In this document: positions 11,882 to 23,568 of the stretch, in pieces
Layout: the number at the start of each line of letters is the position of its first letter
How positions within the stretch are numbered: position 1 is the stretch's first letter
Assembly (NCBI GenBank): GCA_002189035.1
Contig: CM007991.1
Location: 2,480,001 to 2,544,000, forward strand
Direction: 5' to 3'
DNA from: Utricularia gibba
Taxonomy: Eukaryota > Plantae > Magnoliophyta
DNA: 64,000 bases
Translations under genes and position numbers: made by a program
The notes under the pieces: generated by a model
Databases searched by the model: none
The model's input: only the letters and a program-made list of their open reading frames with translations
What the model was told of the DNA's origin: nothing

Positions 11882-12910
11882 TTATACAGCGAAGCTCCCC
11901 GCAGGACATACAACTACAGAATCTATGCACAGTCCCCCCTTGGTGTGAGTGCAGTCAGTTTGTGTCATTGAGAACTCAAGCCTCACTGAGCTGCAGCTAC
12001 TTCCAACAGTGAAATCCCCTGCGTGGCAGTTAAACCACTGCCCAGGCTTCTCAGTCAAGTAACACTGGTTTGTAGAAACTTTCTCTCCGCAAGAGACATG
12101 GAATATCACAGGCTTCCTGTCCCATCCGTGGACATGCTCTGAGTTACAAACATTTCTCCCAAATATCTTCTGAGGTCTCCCAAGTTGTAATCTGATGAAA
12201 AGGCTGTAGTTCCCTGGAGGAAATGGGAAATCAATCTCCCCATTAACCTCAAACCACCAGATTTGCCGGAGATAGGCAACAATCGAGAACCTGCAAATCA
12301 ACTCGATGGATCAGAAGCTGCCCTCTTCCCAAATTCAATCCTGTTAGTTTGTGTGGGCTACTCACATGGACTGCTTTGTGGGAATGAGATTCCAGTATCT
12401 ACGGTCATCGACTCCTGTCATGGACAATCCCTTTGAGGAGATAACCATACAAGCTTGGCCAGTAGCCTTGTCCATCCAAACCTTCTGCAAAAGAAAAAAA
12501 AAAAAACAAAACCTAAGGTCAGGGGATTGGGGGGGAAATCTGGCGGAACCCAGAAGCGAGCGAACCTTGATTCCTCCATCTATGAAACTGGGTGTACAAA
12601 GCTTGGAATAGATATCCCTTTTACAGGAATTCTTCAACACCAAATCCCCATCTTGAAAAACCCTTTTGACAAAATCAGCGTAGTTGGAAGGTAACTTGGG
12701 TCCCCAGACGCAATCCGCAGCAGACGCCCCTCTGAAGACCGAATTGAGAATCGCCAGACGGCAGATCTGTGGTGGGTCGAGGTGCAGCAGCACCGCCGCT
12801 ACGCAGCCCTCGGGCAAATCCCCTAGACCAGACTCCGGCAAGGCGGCAGGTCCGGCGGCGTTGCGCCCACAAAGGAAGAATTGGAGCAGCGAAAAGGATC
12901 GCAATCCCAT
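11882..12910 (-). CDS. F-box protein with phloem protein 2 (PP2-A12/A13-like) lectin domain, 3 exons
   Basis: F-box LGDLPEGCVAAVLLHLDPPQICRLA, then ISSKGLSMTGVDDRRYW, QIWWFEVNGE, GWDRKPV and DCTHTKGGLCIDSV. Confidence 0.9.
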
Positions 12911-14398
12911 AAACGTCAACAAAAGGTGTGTGTGTGTGTCAGGTGAGGTTTATGGAAGCGGTTAGAAACGGTTATATACGCGGAAATGGAAATGAGCACA
13001 TGATGCTAATGCGGGTGCACCCTCTCATCCCGTACCGCGTGCCCCCTCTAGAGGGACCCACCGCTCATATCCAAATTAAATAGGCTTCGTTTTTTAAAAT
13101 TGAGAACATGCTCAGTATACGTATTATTTAAAATATAATTAGCAATTTATCTCTTGGAAAATATGATTAGAAACATTAAATGAGTATTCTGGAAAATTTT
13201 TAAAATCTATTTATATTTTTTAGAAGTAAAAATAGTTTTATTCTAAAACATTTTTAATTATAAAAATAATTTATCAAAAACACTTTTAAAATTATAACTA
13301 TAAAATTTATTTTTGGAAAAATAAGAAATTGGTTACTTTTACTTGTTACTTCTATTTTTTCAAAATTATTTTTTAAAAAATAAAAATAGATTTTAAAATT
13401 TTTTCAAAACACTACTTAAATTACTTAATAGAAAGTGGATAGATGGACAGGAGACCTTAAACCCATTGGAAGGTGATCCGATCCGATGGGACGGACAGAG
13501 GGTAGCGTGATGCACCATAATCCATCCATCCCTTGTGTACTTGTGCGTACCACACCGCCACAAGTGGCCTCCAATGATGGAGATGCACCACCACTCTCCA
13601 AATGAAAAAGATATTAAAAAGATAAAGCGGGAATTATTCAATGCTTGTTTCTGACTTGGGGTTCAGTAGGGCGGGTAGAGTAAGTACACGTGATTAATTG
13701 CTCCTTGTTTTTGAAACTCAAATCTGGAGCATTAGAAGCTGTGGGTGGGGCGGAACAGGACGCCATGTTGCTGCTCATCCGCGGAATGATGGATGATGGA
13801 TGATGAGGGGTCGGTCTGTTATGCAACAAAGGGGACTTCTTCTTCTTCTTCTTCTGTCCCTCCTCCCAGACGCCGTGGGTCCCGGTTCAGGCATCTTTCA
13901 GCTTCCCAAGGTCAAAAGGGCATTCAGCGTAGTCAATCACACATTTACTGCATCATGGGGGCACGTGGCCGGGTTTCTCTTTCGTTTGAATTACGGAATT
14001 GGTAAATAGCCGGCCGGCCCCATGACTCCACCCTGGAGCTTCAACTCATCCAAAAGTCAGTGCCCGGATTTCAACCCTACACAAGAACTCTATTCCTATT
14101 CATCATTATTTCCTCGTTTCTGTTTTTGTTAGCTCCTCTTCCAATGACGCAACGTGGCAGAAGCACATGAACCACTGCTCCTCTCTTTCCTCCAGCACAA
14201 AGAGCTGGGATTTTTTTTTTTTGGTTGACTGATCAGGTGACCAAGTTTTACACGCGACGACTGTATCTATGCATGTATGTGTAGTAGCAGTAATGTCAAG
14301 GCTAGCCACACAGCTGCGCTTACCAAATCCATGGAAAACAGTTTCGAGCAATGAGATAAGGAAACCCAGAACCAGTCGTGCTTGCACTCGTGACACTG

Positions 14399-17300
14399 CT
14401 ATATCAGCTCCAGATACAGAGCTTCTTGTTTGCAGGTCAGACCCAGTTCATCCAGACTTGACGTCCCATCTTCGTTGCCAAATGCACGACGAGGATATGA
14501 CCTCACCTAAAATACAACGCAGATCAGAGCTTGAATGCTACAAAAACAATACAGCGTGCAAATTTACCAATCTGTAGGTGCCAGGCTTAACCGCCCTGCC
14601 AATATCGATGAAGTTGAATACACACTGCAAAAAAAGTCAAAAAAAAAAAAAAAACCCCATGAGAGGTGGATGAATCACCAACTAAAGAATGAGGAGTAAT
14701 TTATGTATAGATCACAAGCGCTTCTCTAAGGACTTCAGGCTAAGCTATCATGGAACATTCAAGGACAAAAAGATCTGATTGTTAAAAGGAACATTTTTTA
14801 CTAAAAATATAACCTGCAGACTGTCTGATTTTAAGAACCGTCGACCCTTCTACTTCCATCTGGCATTCGTACAAGAAGGGTAACAGCATTCTCGTCATCA
14901 CTTGCTGGTTCTTGAGGTAACGAGGCTTCTTTCATGGCTAGCTGTTTCTCATGTTCCTGCCTCCCGGAAAAAAACTTGAGTACGCAAAAAAAAAAAAAAA
15001 AAAGTTTTGCTGTGTGAATGTGTAGCATCAATGAATCATTAGGCTTCTGAAGGATGAGTAGAAAACAGAAATATGCACCAAAAAATGAGATTTTAACCAA
15101 CATTCGTGCCCAAATTTCATGCATTTGAAGATAGAAGGGGTGCAAATTGCAACATATGTCCCTTCCTATATTATGGACAACTAGACTCACAAAGTGACTT
15201 TCATGACCTAAGAGAAATCCAGAAGCTTGATAGGTGCATAATTAAAAAAATGCATGGAGTATCATTCTAGGATTACCTTCTCTTCTTGAAGCTTACGAAA
15301 TAATTCTGCTTCCTTCAGCCTCTCTTCTGCCAGTGCAGCTTCAGCTTCTTCCTTAGCCTTCAGTTCCTTCTCTTGGTCAGCTTGTAGAGACGCAAGATAT
15401 TCATCATCCTATAACAAAAAATCAAGGTTACCAGAGAAACCATAAAATCTAACAAGCATTTCGGAACCAACCTGTTGCTCCCGTATCAACCGCTGAGAAG
15501 CTAGTGAAGGAGATAGAGGGCGAGGCGCATGCCCTGAAAATGAAGAGGAGATGCCCACTGTTTCAGGAACACCACCAAACATAGCAGCCTCGAGCATTAT
15601 GGCCTCATCATGTTCTTGAGACGAGATGCCACCCCACTTCCCAGATAATGAAGAATGAGGCAAAGAAGGTTAAGACAGTAATCATCAAATAATAAAATAT
15701 ACACGCAAAAACAAGAATAACACACTAAGCTCTTTTCAAAGATGGGCCCAACCAGATCACTTGATCATTTTAAAATATTACACTACTTTCTCATCCAATG
15801 CGACCATTTTCCTCCATCTTATGAAGACATACCTCGTTGGCGTGTATGCTTCCTTCACGGTGTTCTGAAGAGAGACCATTATGTTGCTGCCGTGGACTAG
15901 AAGGTGGGCTACCATCAACATCTTCTATATTTAATACAGCATCAGCACGATTTGAAGATACACGTCGCCTACGCCGTCTAACCAGTGGGAGGTCATCTAC
16001 GTCTTCAGCCTCACCCTGATGTGATGTGCTACCGATATCCACCCTAGAATGCCTGATGAAACAAAACAAGCATATAAGTCCAGCGAATGTAAACCCTTAC
16101 AGGACGCATAAGCACCAGATACATCAAAGAAACTGTAGCATAACATGCTGTCGATCCAAAGTGTATTATCAAAAGTACCTTCCATTAGGCAATTTACCCA
16201 TGGCGCCAGAAATAGGAGTCCGAATCACGTGTGGATGTTCAGCAACATCCCCTTCATTCTCCCAGACAGCCTTCTCTTGCTCTGCAGTCTAAATTTGCTT
16301 TTTGTCACAACACAGATTCTAAATTTAAGTCTGTTACACATTAGAAAATAAACCTGCAACGAAAATGAAACTGCATGTGAAAGAGCTGCATCTTCTGGGA
16401 TGGAGTGCTTAGGCTGAGCTGGTGAATCTTCAACATTCTGTGACGGATGACAACGGCAAATGCAAATAAGAGGAAGAAATTCGCACTTCGACCAATAATA
16501 TATGCTACTTAAATATAATGCGTACAATAATATTTCCACTATGATTTGCCATCGCAATATCCTGCTTTGATGCTTCAATGGCAGCCCGTATCATTTCTTC
16601 TTCTATATCATCTCCATAATCTGGCACATCCACAGCAGCTGGGGCACTTGGGGATGGACTTGTTGTGCCGACAGCAGTTGAAACAGAACTCCTTAAAGCT
16701 CTACCATCATCTTCATCATCTACTATGACAATTCCATGCGCCTCTGGCCCATGCTCTTGCAGATTTTCGGTCGCATCTTCAATTAGAGGAGCACCACCAG
16801 CACGAGAAGATCCACCATTGCCGTCTTTAACCTCAATTGGGACCTCTCTAACCTCCCTCGGATGTGAAATTAAGGGCATCTGTGGCGCATGAATGCTGGG
16901 ACCAAATATGTTTTCAACACCAAGAAGAGAGAAAGGGTCTGAAGGCACAAAAGTATTTGTTCGTATTGGTGGCTGCAATGGGACTGGATCAACTTCATCT
17001 ACATCCATGAAATCAATAGTGGCCGGTGTTACAGATTCTCCTTGAGATCTAGAAGCAAGGGAAGTTACAAGAAAAGTTATAATCACTGAAAGGTACCTCC
17101 TGTTCACATTAATGAGGGTAAACTATATAAAAAAAAAACTTAACGAAAATTGGTTCCTCTCCGCTTCATTGAAATGTGCATTGACCGCTTCATTGATATT
17201 GCCTCCATGTTCCTGCTCATCATCGATACAAAAGTATTCAGACAAAAAAAATGAAGGATGCGCCTTAAATGAATTTCTTCATTGTCTACTAATTATAATT

Positions 17301-17905
17301 ATTAAAGAACACAGGAGAAATATGAATTAACCAACATAAGACTAAAAAGGGCAAATTAAAAAAAGCCTTGAAGATGATGTTTGCAGAATCCTCAAGCAAA
17401 CTATTTTCCACATACGCAAAAAGCCAATGTGGTGAGCGTCCGCGGGATGATAATACATGACTCATAATACTCCATATATTGGAGATAGGCCTTGAACATT
17501 GTTTCCAGTGTTTTCATGGTACCAAAACATTACAACTGAACCAGGGACATAGCTTCAGCAGGACGAACACCGCATTGCAATACGATGCGTCACATGTTCA
17601 GGCTTTCAAATTCAAACACAACTTAATCAAGAAAACGAAAACTTCAAGCTCCACTAAACTACCCAAGAACAAGAAAAGAAAAGCATTTTTCCCAAGCCAT
17701 ATAAAATCCGCAACCAAAGTTTCAAAAACGTCAAACCCATCTAAAAACATTCAACGAAAAATCATCGGAAAGATGAAAAATGTTAAAAGTAGAAATTCAG
17801 AAGCAAGAGACGATACACTACCTCTAGCTTCCTGATAGCTACGGCTTCAGAAACACCAGTGATGCTCATAAAAGTATCGATGGCATCCTGATCAGGTCTC
17901 ACCAT
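14399..17905 (-). CDS. plant UBX-domain protein (PUX8/9/13-like CDC48 adaptor), with a 1-nt frameshift near 14846
   Basis: UBA-like start [79 protein letters not shown], and [14 protein letters not shown][G]RRFLKSD...[12 protein letters not shown]...QEALYLELI*. Confidence 0.88.
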
Positions 17906-18255
17906 AGTCGAATGCTGCTACCCCCAACCGATCCCTGAGCACAATCGTAAACCCAAAGCACGCAGGACGGTTTCCGTGACGGGGAGAAACTAATCTGACC
18001 GTGAGCAATAAGGCACGCAGATTTAACGTAGAAAAGACGAGAAATAGAACCCCGTTTTATCGCACCGACCCAGGGGTATTTTCGGGATGAAGGAAAAAAT
18101 GATTCAGAATGCCAAGTCTTCCCATCCTCCACGCTTCTCTCTCTCTCTCTCGGAGATTCTTCATACTGGGCCTGGTTGGGTTATTTGGGCCTACAAATGC
18201 ACTAGCCCTTCTACGCTATTTATTTATATACAAAACGAGCCTTGAAAGTTGGGAA

Positions 18256-21200
18256 CTAGTTGTGCATCATCAGTTCATTCCGCCTGGTGGCCCTGTGCTC
18301 CCTGCCTCTCACGTGCCTCTGCTGCTTGTGGTTGTTCTTATGCACATGGTGCAGATAGTAATGGTAATCAAGGTCCCCTCCTATTCTGGCCTTGTGCCTA
18401 TGGCGGTGGTGGTCACCGTAATGAATCCGCCTCCTGTGCATGTCATGATGCTGATGCCGTTTTTCGGGTCTGTGGTGTTTGTTCAAGTGCATTCGCGAAT
18501 GTATGGCATGGTGACTGTGTTTCGGGAGCTGCTCATTTCTCCATATGCGGTCCTCCCACCAGTCGTAAAATGGATCAAACACTCCTTTCTGGTGCAAGAG
18601 CCAGATTAAAACAAGTGCTGCAACATAGCAACGATACGCATTGAGTTACTAATGCTACTACTACATATGTTGAAGAATTCAGAAACCGGTGTGATACCTG
18701 TTGGAAAGATGGCTAAAAACAAGGCAAACATTAGAACCCAACTCATTGAGATGCAATGGATGTGGCAGCCAATGTCGAAAAAACTGGAGCACTTCCTTCT
18801 GTTCCATTATGAAAACATTACACAAGCATAGCTATAGAGTTTCACTTAACTGCACAAAGCAATGGTACCTGCAGTTTCTGCCAGTAACAAAACCGGAAAA
18901 ACCACTCCAGAGATCGTCGAATAGATCCTCAATCGATTGGAAGAAACCGTTTGCACCGGTTTTAGGAGGTTGAGAAAGAGTCTGAACTGTGTAAGTGGCT
19001 GGTTAGAAGATGCAGCATTTAGGTATGTCTAGAACTATGAAGTGCGAGTATGACTTCCAAAGCAAAAAGGATCCTGCATTTAGCGGTTGATAAAAATTTT
19101 CAAAATAACCTGTGAACCATTTTCTAGGACCGTAGCTGTGGTGGTAAACTGGCACTGTGCTCTGTCAACTTCGCTGAAATCAGAATCCTTTAGTATAGCT
19201 GAAATGCAACACAGGATACGTTTTAACAAGGAGATAAAGAGTGTATTGAAGACGAGGCAGCCAACCATACCATTGCATGCATATTTTCCTGCTTGATCAG
19301 TGGTTGGATAGAGTCTAAATGATCGAGTGATCGTCTCTTTTGGCTTCATTATGTAAAACTGTTCCTGTACTAGAGTTATGTTTGAGTAAAATGTGGAACA
19401 CGTTAAGAATCTTTAAGCTCGGTGGAACATCCTTGAATAGTTACCTCCATTTGACTGATGCTAGAAGAGCATTCAAACTGCAAGAAAGTCATGATTGAGC
19501 ACCATTCTACCTATTTATTGTACAGATAACATATCAAAGAGAGTCAGGATGATCTTACAGTAAGGCTGTAAGATGCTTCAAGTTCACCAGTATTCTTTGT
19601 GGTGATTGTTGCAGTCCCGAACTGCGTCAACGCTTCAAAAGATGGCACACTGATGTATAAAATTTTTCCTGGGCTCCTGTGGAAAGTGAGGTTTTTAGTA
19701 CTAGAAGATAACTATGGAATGATGGCATCCAATAGATCAGAGGAAGAAAAGTTGAAGCTATTACACACTTCTCACTTGGAAAATATTTAGATTAGCATCA
19801 AGATAGATGAACGTAGAACCAAAGTAGCACAGCCGAATAAACAAATCATGTATATTTAAGAAAGTTGAAACCCACCTTTGGTAGACGTATTCAATGTCAT
19901 CAGCTCTCAATTCAACCATAAGATTTGTGTTGAGAACTTCTGTGATTCCGATGGAAAATGCATGACTTCCAACATTCTGCATTTGCACTTAATCATTAGG
20001 CAACATTATACACTCACTGAGGAATGAAGATACCTTAAGACATAACTGGATGCTGATTGATTCTTTCAAATCTCCCCTGTACACAATAAAGAGGAACTTG
20101 ATTCCGGCTTATTCGGTTCTGATCAGACTGAAATTATGAAGGAGCATCAACCAAGTGTATGCTAGCAAGATGGTAATAAGGAATCACGCATACATCATCA
20201 CAAACCTCCCAAAAATTACGGAGTTGATTATGCAAGCAACTCCAAAAAGGTGCAGCACAAAAGTCCGGCTGGTCGTTAAATGCTTCATAAGCAACACCGA
20301 TTTTGTTGCACTCAAGGCCATCAAGTGTGAACCTGACTCGTTCAAGAAGCATCCATTTCGAAAAATCCACCCCCAGGCTTTGTGGTTGACCTGGTGTACC
20401 CTTCAGAGGCACAAGGAACAGGTTGAATCATTTTAAGTTTAACAAGTTAACAAGAACAAATTTTACTTTCTATGTATGTTAGAGAGGTTTCTATTGGCTT
20501 TCATTAGAAAAAAATGGAACATTGAGATAGTCATAGAGTCTACCTGTCGAGGGATAACAAGGTAGAAGTCATCAAATGATGGAATGTTAGTATATCCAGT
20601 ATAATCTCCAACAAGTCCCACTCGCAAAAACTGGTCATTTGATATTGCAGTCCTGTTCTCTGGCCCCACGATTACTTCCTGCCAAAGCACAGAGGCTAGA
20701 AAATTTGTAGTTCCATCATTATTGCACCAGTGTGCAACATATAGAAGAAATCAATATAAGCCACAAAGGGAAAAATGACAGGGAATACCGATGTCTTTGA
20801 TCTTGTCTTCACCTCTATTCGGATACTGAACCCAATGGACCGCTGTCCAATAGCGAAAACGTGGTACCTGGAACGGACACACTGAAGAGCTAGAAAAGAA
20901 ATAAAGCAGCTTAAATAAAACATGTACTAAAATGCATGGAATACCAAACATTGCAACATCGATGATAGAACAAGTTAAAGTATGCTTCTATTCAACTTCT
21001 GATAGATAGAGAGTCGATATTAATCTCTTTCTTGATCATGATATTAGGAGTGGAATAGCAGAAAAATGGAAATTCACCTTACCACTCATCTGTAAAGCGT
21101 AGACAGTGAGCTGTGTTTGCCTTCCCTTTTATCAACTTGTCAACTGAAAATCCATTTACCCTTAAATATTAACTCCAAGTATACAGCTATGATTTGAGTA

Positions 21201-22174
21201 ATAGAAACAAAACTTACAGAAGTTTCCACAGGATGAAGGTACCCTGCGTTGTTCTCCGCAAGGACAGCAAGTTGGCTATTTGAATCAAGACATACCAGAG
21301 TTGAGTTAAAACATCGGTACACAAAGAAGACCAAATCCAAACCACATAATGCAAACGCTGTAAAAGCTTAGCTACTGCACTTTCGTTTAATGCTTTTGAA
21401 AACAAGACCTCCAAGATAAGATCAGTAAAGAAAGGTACCAGACAGTCCAAAAACATCACCTGTGTGTGCTCTATGATATGACCATGATCATCTCTCAACC
21501 TGCACAGTAACGATCGAAATTAACAGGAAGCAACAGATGGAAAGCATTATGGAAAGTGTACTAGCCTCTCGCATATCTTAACGACCCTGGCCCCGGCATC
21601 CGGCTCACATTTTCGTGTCTGTACATAGAATTCTTGAGGCTTATAAGCAACATCCTGCAACAGGTGGCAGATCATAGGGTTACATTGATTTTAACCGGGC
21701 ACCATTATCAATCACCATTTTAAAGAACGAACTCAAGCAACGCAGTCATCAAAACAAAACATACAATCTGATAGCCTACATACTCGTAGATATGTCAACT
21801 CATAAAGCGCATAGACAGCAGATTTGTTGACAGTGATCACCGGAGGAACTCGAAACGTGCGCATGTGGTCGCTAGAATTCTCCTCCGTCTCGACTATCTC
21901 CGCCACCATTGAAGCCTCTCTTCCTCCCTACGTGAAAAAAAAAAAAAAAACAACAACAAAATGAACAACTACTGAATAAAGAAAAAAGGTTCAACCAACT
22001 CACACTTTCGCTAGGAACACCCAAATCAAGAATGATCTTGGAGGTGCAGTTAAGGCCGTCGGATCCAGAGCCTTTCTCACATTTCTCAAGCTTCGATTTC
22101 GATAGGATTTGAAAAGTGTGGGATCTCCGAGAGAGTAAGATCATAGCCACTGCGACGAGAAACAAGGATTTCAT
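18256..22174 (-). CDS. HAP2: HAPLESS2/GCS1 gamete fusogen (multi-exon)
   Basis: [70 protein letters not shown] segment [14 protein letters not shown]...LLHQKG and a His-rich cytoplasmic tail. The exons I traced join in frame. Confidence 0.95.
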
Positions 22175-22268
22175 GGCACTCTAAACCGACTCTGAGAAAA
22201 AACCAAATGCTTCTGGAAATTGTTGCTGCCCATTCAATCTCTTTTTGTATGCATCGTTATTCTCAGAT

Positions 22269-22276
22269 GGCGGTTA
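22269..22276. promoter_or_regulatory. DUO1-type MYB site upstream of HAP2
   Basis: GGCGGTTA (reverse TAACCGCC) about 95 bp upstream of the HAP2 ATG fits the recalled DUO1 motif RRCSGTT/AACCG. A second AACCG lies near 22187. HAP2 is a known DUO1 target. Confidence 0.55.
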
Positions 22277-22616
22277 CTCTCGCTTATCCAATAACGGTAC
22301 CCATCTTTTAAAGTTATTTAACAAAAAAAAAAATCATAATAAAAAAGAAAAAAATTACGAAGAAAAATTAGAAAATTGATACGGTGAAATATACATTCGA
22401 ATGACTATCATAATATTTTATAAAATATTTATCTTCGTTTATTATTTTTTAAAATACACATTTATGAAATTAATAATTATGTGGTATAAAAAATGAGATC
22501 GAGTAATACCTTATTTTTCGTGATTAAAATAAAATGGATATCCTTATTTGTCGATTCTTCGCCTCCTTTGTTGTATCATGAAAAAATATTATTTATTACT
22601 GTATTTTTATAAATCT

Positions 22617-22734
22617 AGATATTTAGAAAATATTTAGGCTCGGGTCCGAAAGGGCGTGGATTCAAACTTCAAATCAGTATCTTATTCTTTACCGGTTTTT
22701 TTTACTGATAAAAAAAAGATATTTAGAAAATATT
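22617..22734 (+). repeat. 18-bp perfect direct repeat flanking the tRNA fragment
   Basis: AGATATTTAGAAAATATT at 22617-22634 and 22717-22734. Confidence 0.9.
22632..22666 (+). pseudogene. tRNA-Leu(UAG) 3'-half fragment
   Basis: ATTTAGGCTCGGGTCCGAAAGGGCGTGGATTCAAA matches 33/35 nt of the anticodon loop, variable arm and T-arm of plant tRNA-Leu(UAG) as recalled. The D-arm and acceptor stem are absent. Confidence 0.75.
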
Positions 22735-22854
22735 ATGATATTCAAATCAAATACATCATTAGATAATTATTTAAATCAGACCTTCAGAAATTCATATCCT
22801 GTACTTCTTTGTTTACAGAAGAGGAAGAAGAAGGAGGTGCAGTCAGAATCCAGT

Positions 22855-23418
22855 ATGGAAGACGAGAGCAATCTCCATGTTCAGGAGAGCGAGACGGAGA
22901 AGCCAACACAGCAAGCAGACGCCACTGTAATCTCACACAACAGCGCCGGCCACAGATGTGAGGACTGCGGGAAGGTATTCCAGAAGCCTCAGTCGCTCGG
23001 AGGCCACATGACCAAGCACAGGAATAATAAGCGTCTTAAGGAGAGTGATGCTGGTACCTATTCGGATGCATCCCTGGCCGAGCATGCGGAGGGGATCGTA
23101 AAGGCTCCGAAACTGCTCCGACTGTTTGGATATGACCTCAGTGGCATCATCAACACTTCAGTGTCCAAAGAGACCAAGGTGGAGGACCAATCCCCCCTCA
23201 CCTTTACCAGTCCTGTTAATGCAGTTTCGAACCAGGAGAAGACTTACATGGGCATAGAATGCAGTGAAGAGTTCGAAAATCATCAAGTGAATGATGGCAA
23301 TACAGGGAGTGAGAAAAAGGATGCTAACCTTGAGGATGGCGAGTTGGGGTCTTCGCCTGTAGATGGCAGCACCGGTTTTACTCTGAGTTTGGAACTGAGC
23401 TTGGGATCTCTGATGTAG
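22855..23418 (+). CDS. single C2H2 zinc-finger repressor with RLFG and EAR-like motifs
   Basis: CEDCGKVFQKPQSLGGHMTKH (QALGGH variant), LRLFGYDLS and C-terminal LSLELSLG. The first in-frame ATG after the AT-rich region is 22855. A possible acceptor at 22817 would add KRKKK. Confidence 0.8.
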   Translation: MEDESNLHVQESETEKPTQQADATVISHNSAGHRCEDCGKVFQKPQSLGGHMTKHRNNKRLKESDAGTYSDASLAEHAEGIVKAPKLLRLFGYDLSGIINTSVSKETKVEDQSPLTFTSPVNAVSNQEKTYMGIECSEEFENHQVNDGNTGSEKKDANLEDGELGSSPVDGSTGFTLSLELSLGSLM

Positions 23419-23568
23419 GTTTGTTTGTTTTTTTTTTGTTTTTCTTTTTATATTTTACGCATGGTACTATGGATTTGCTTTCTTGATCTACTCCATTTTA
23501 TGCAATCTTATACATGACAATGAACAATTACTACACAAAGGCACAGCGGCTTACACAGATCTTGATCT

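Noticed and set aside
17161-17196. 12-bp direct repeat CCGCTTCATTGA
   Set aside because: Lies in PUX coding sequence (NEAV...NEAE) and is explained by the peptide.
18109-18644. Plus-strand Met/Val-rich ORFs (166 and 131 aa) and a seemingly standalone His-rich 113-aa ORF
   Set aside because: The His-rich ORF is the last exon of HAP2, whose His-rich tail is known. The plus-strand ORFs are its antisense shadows.
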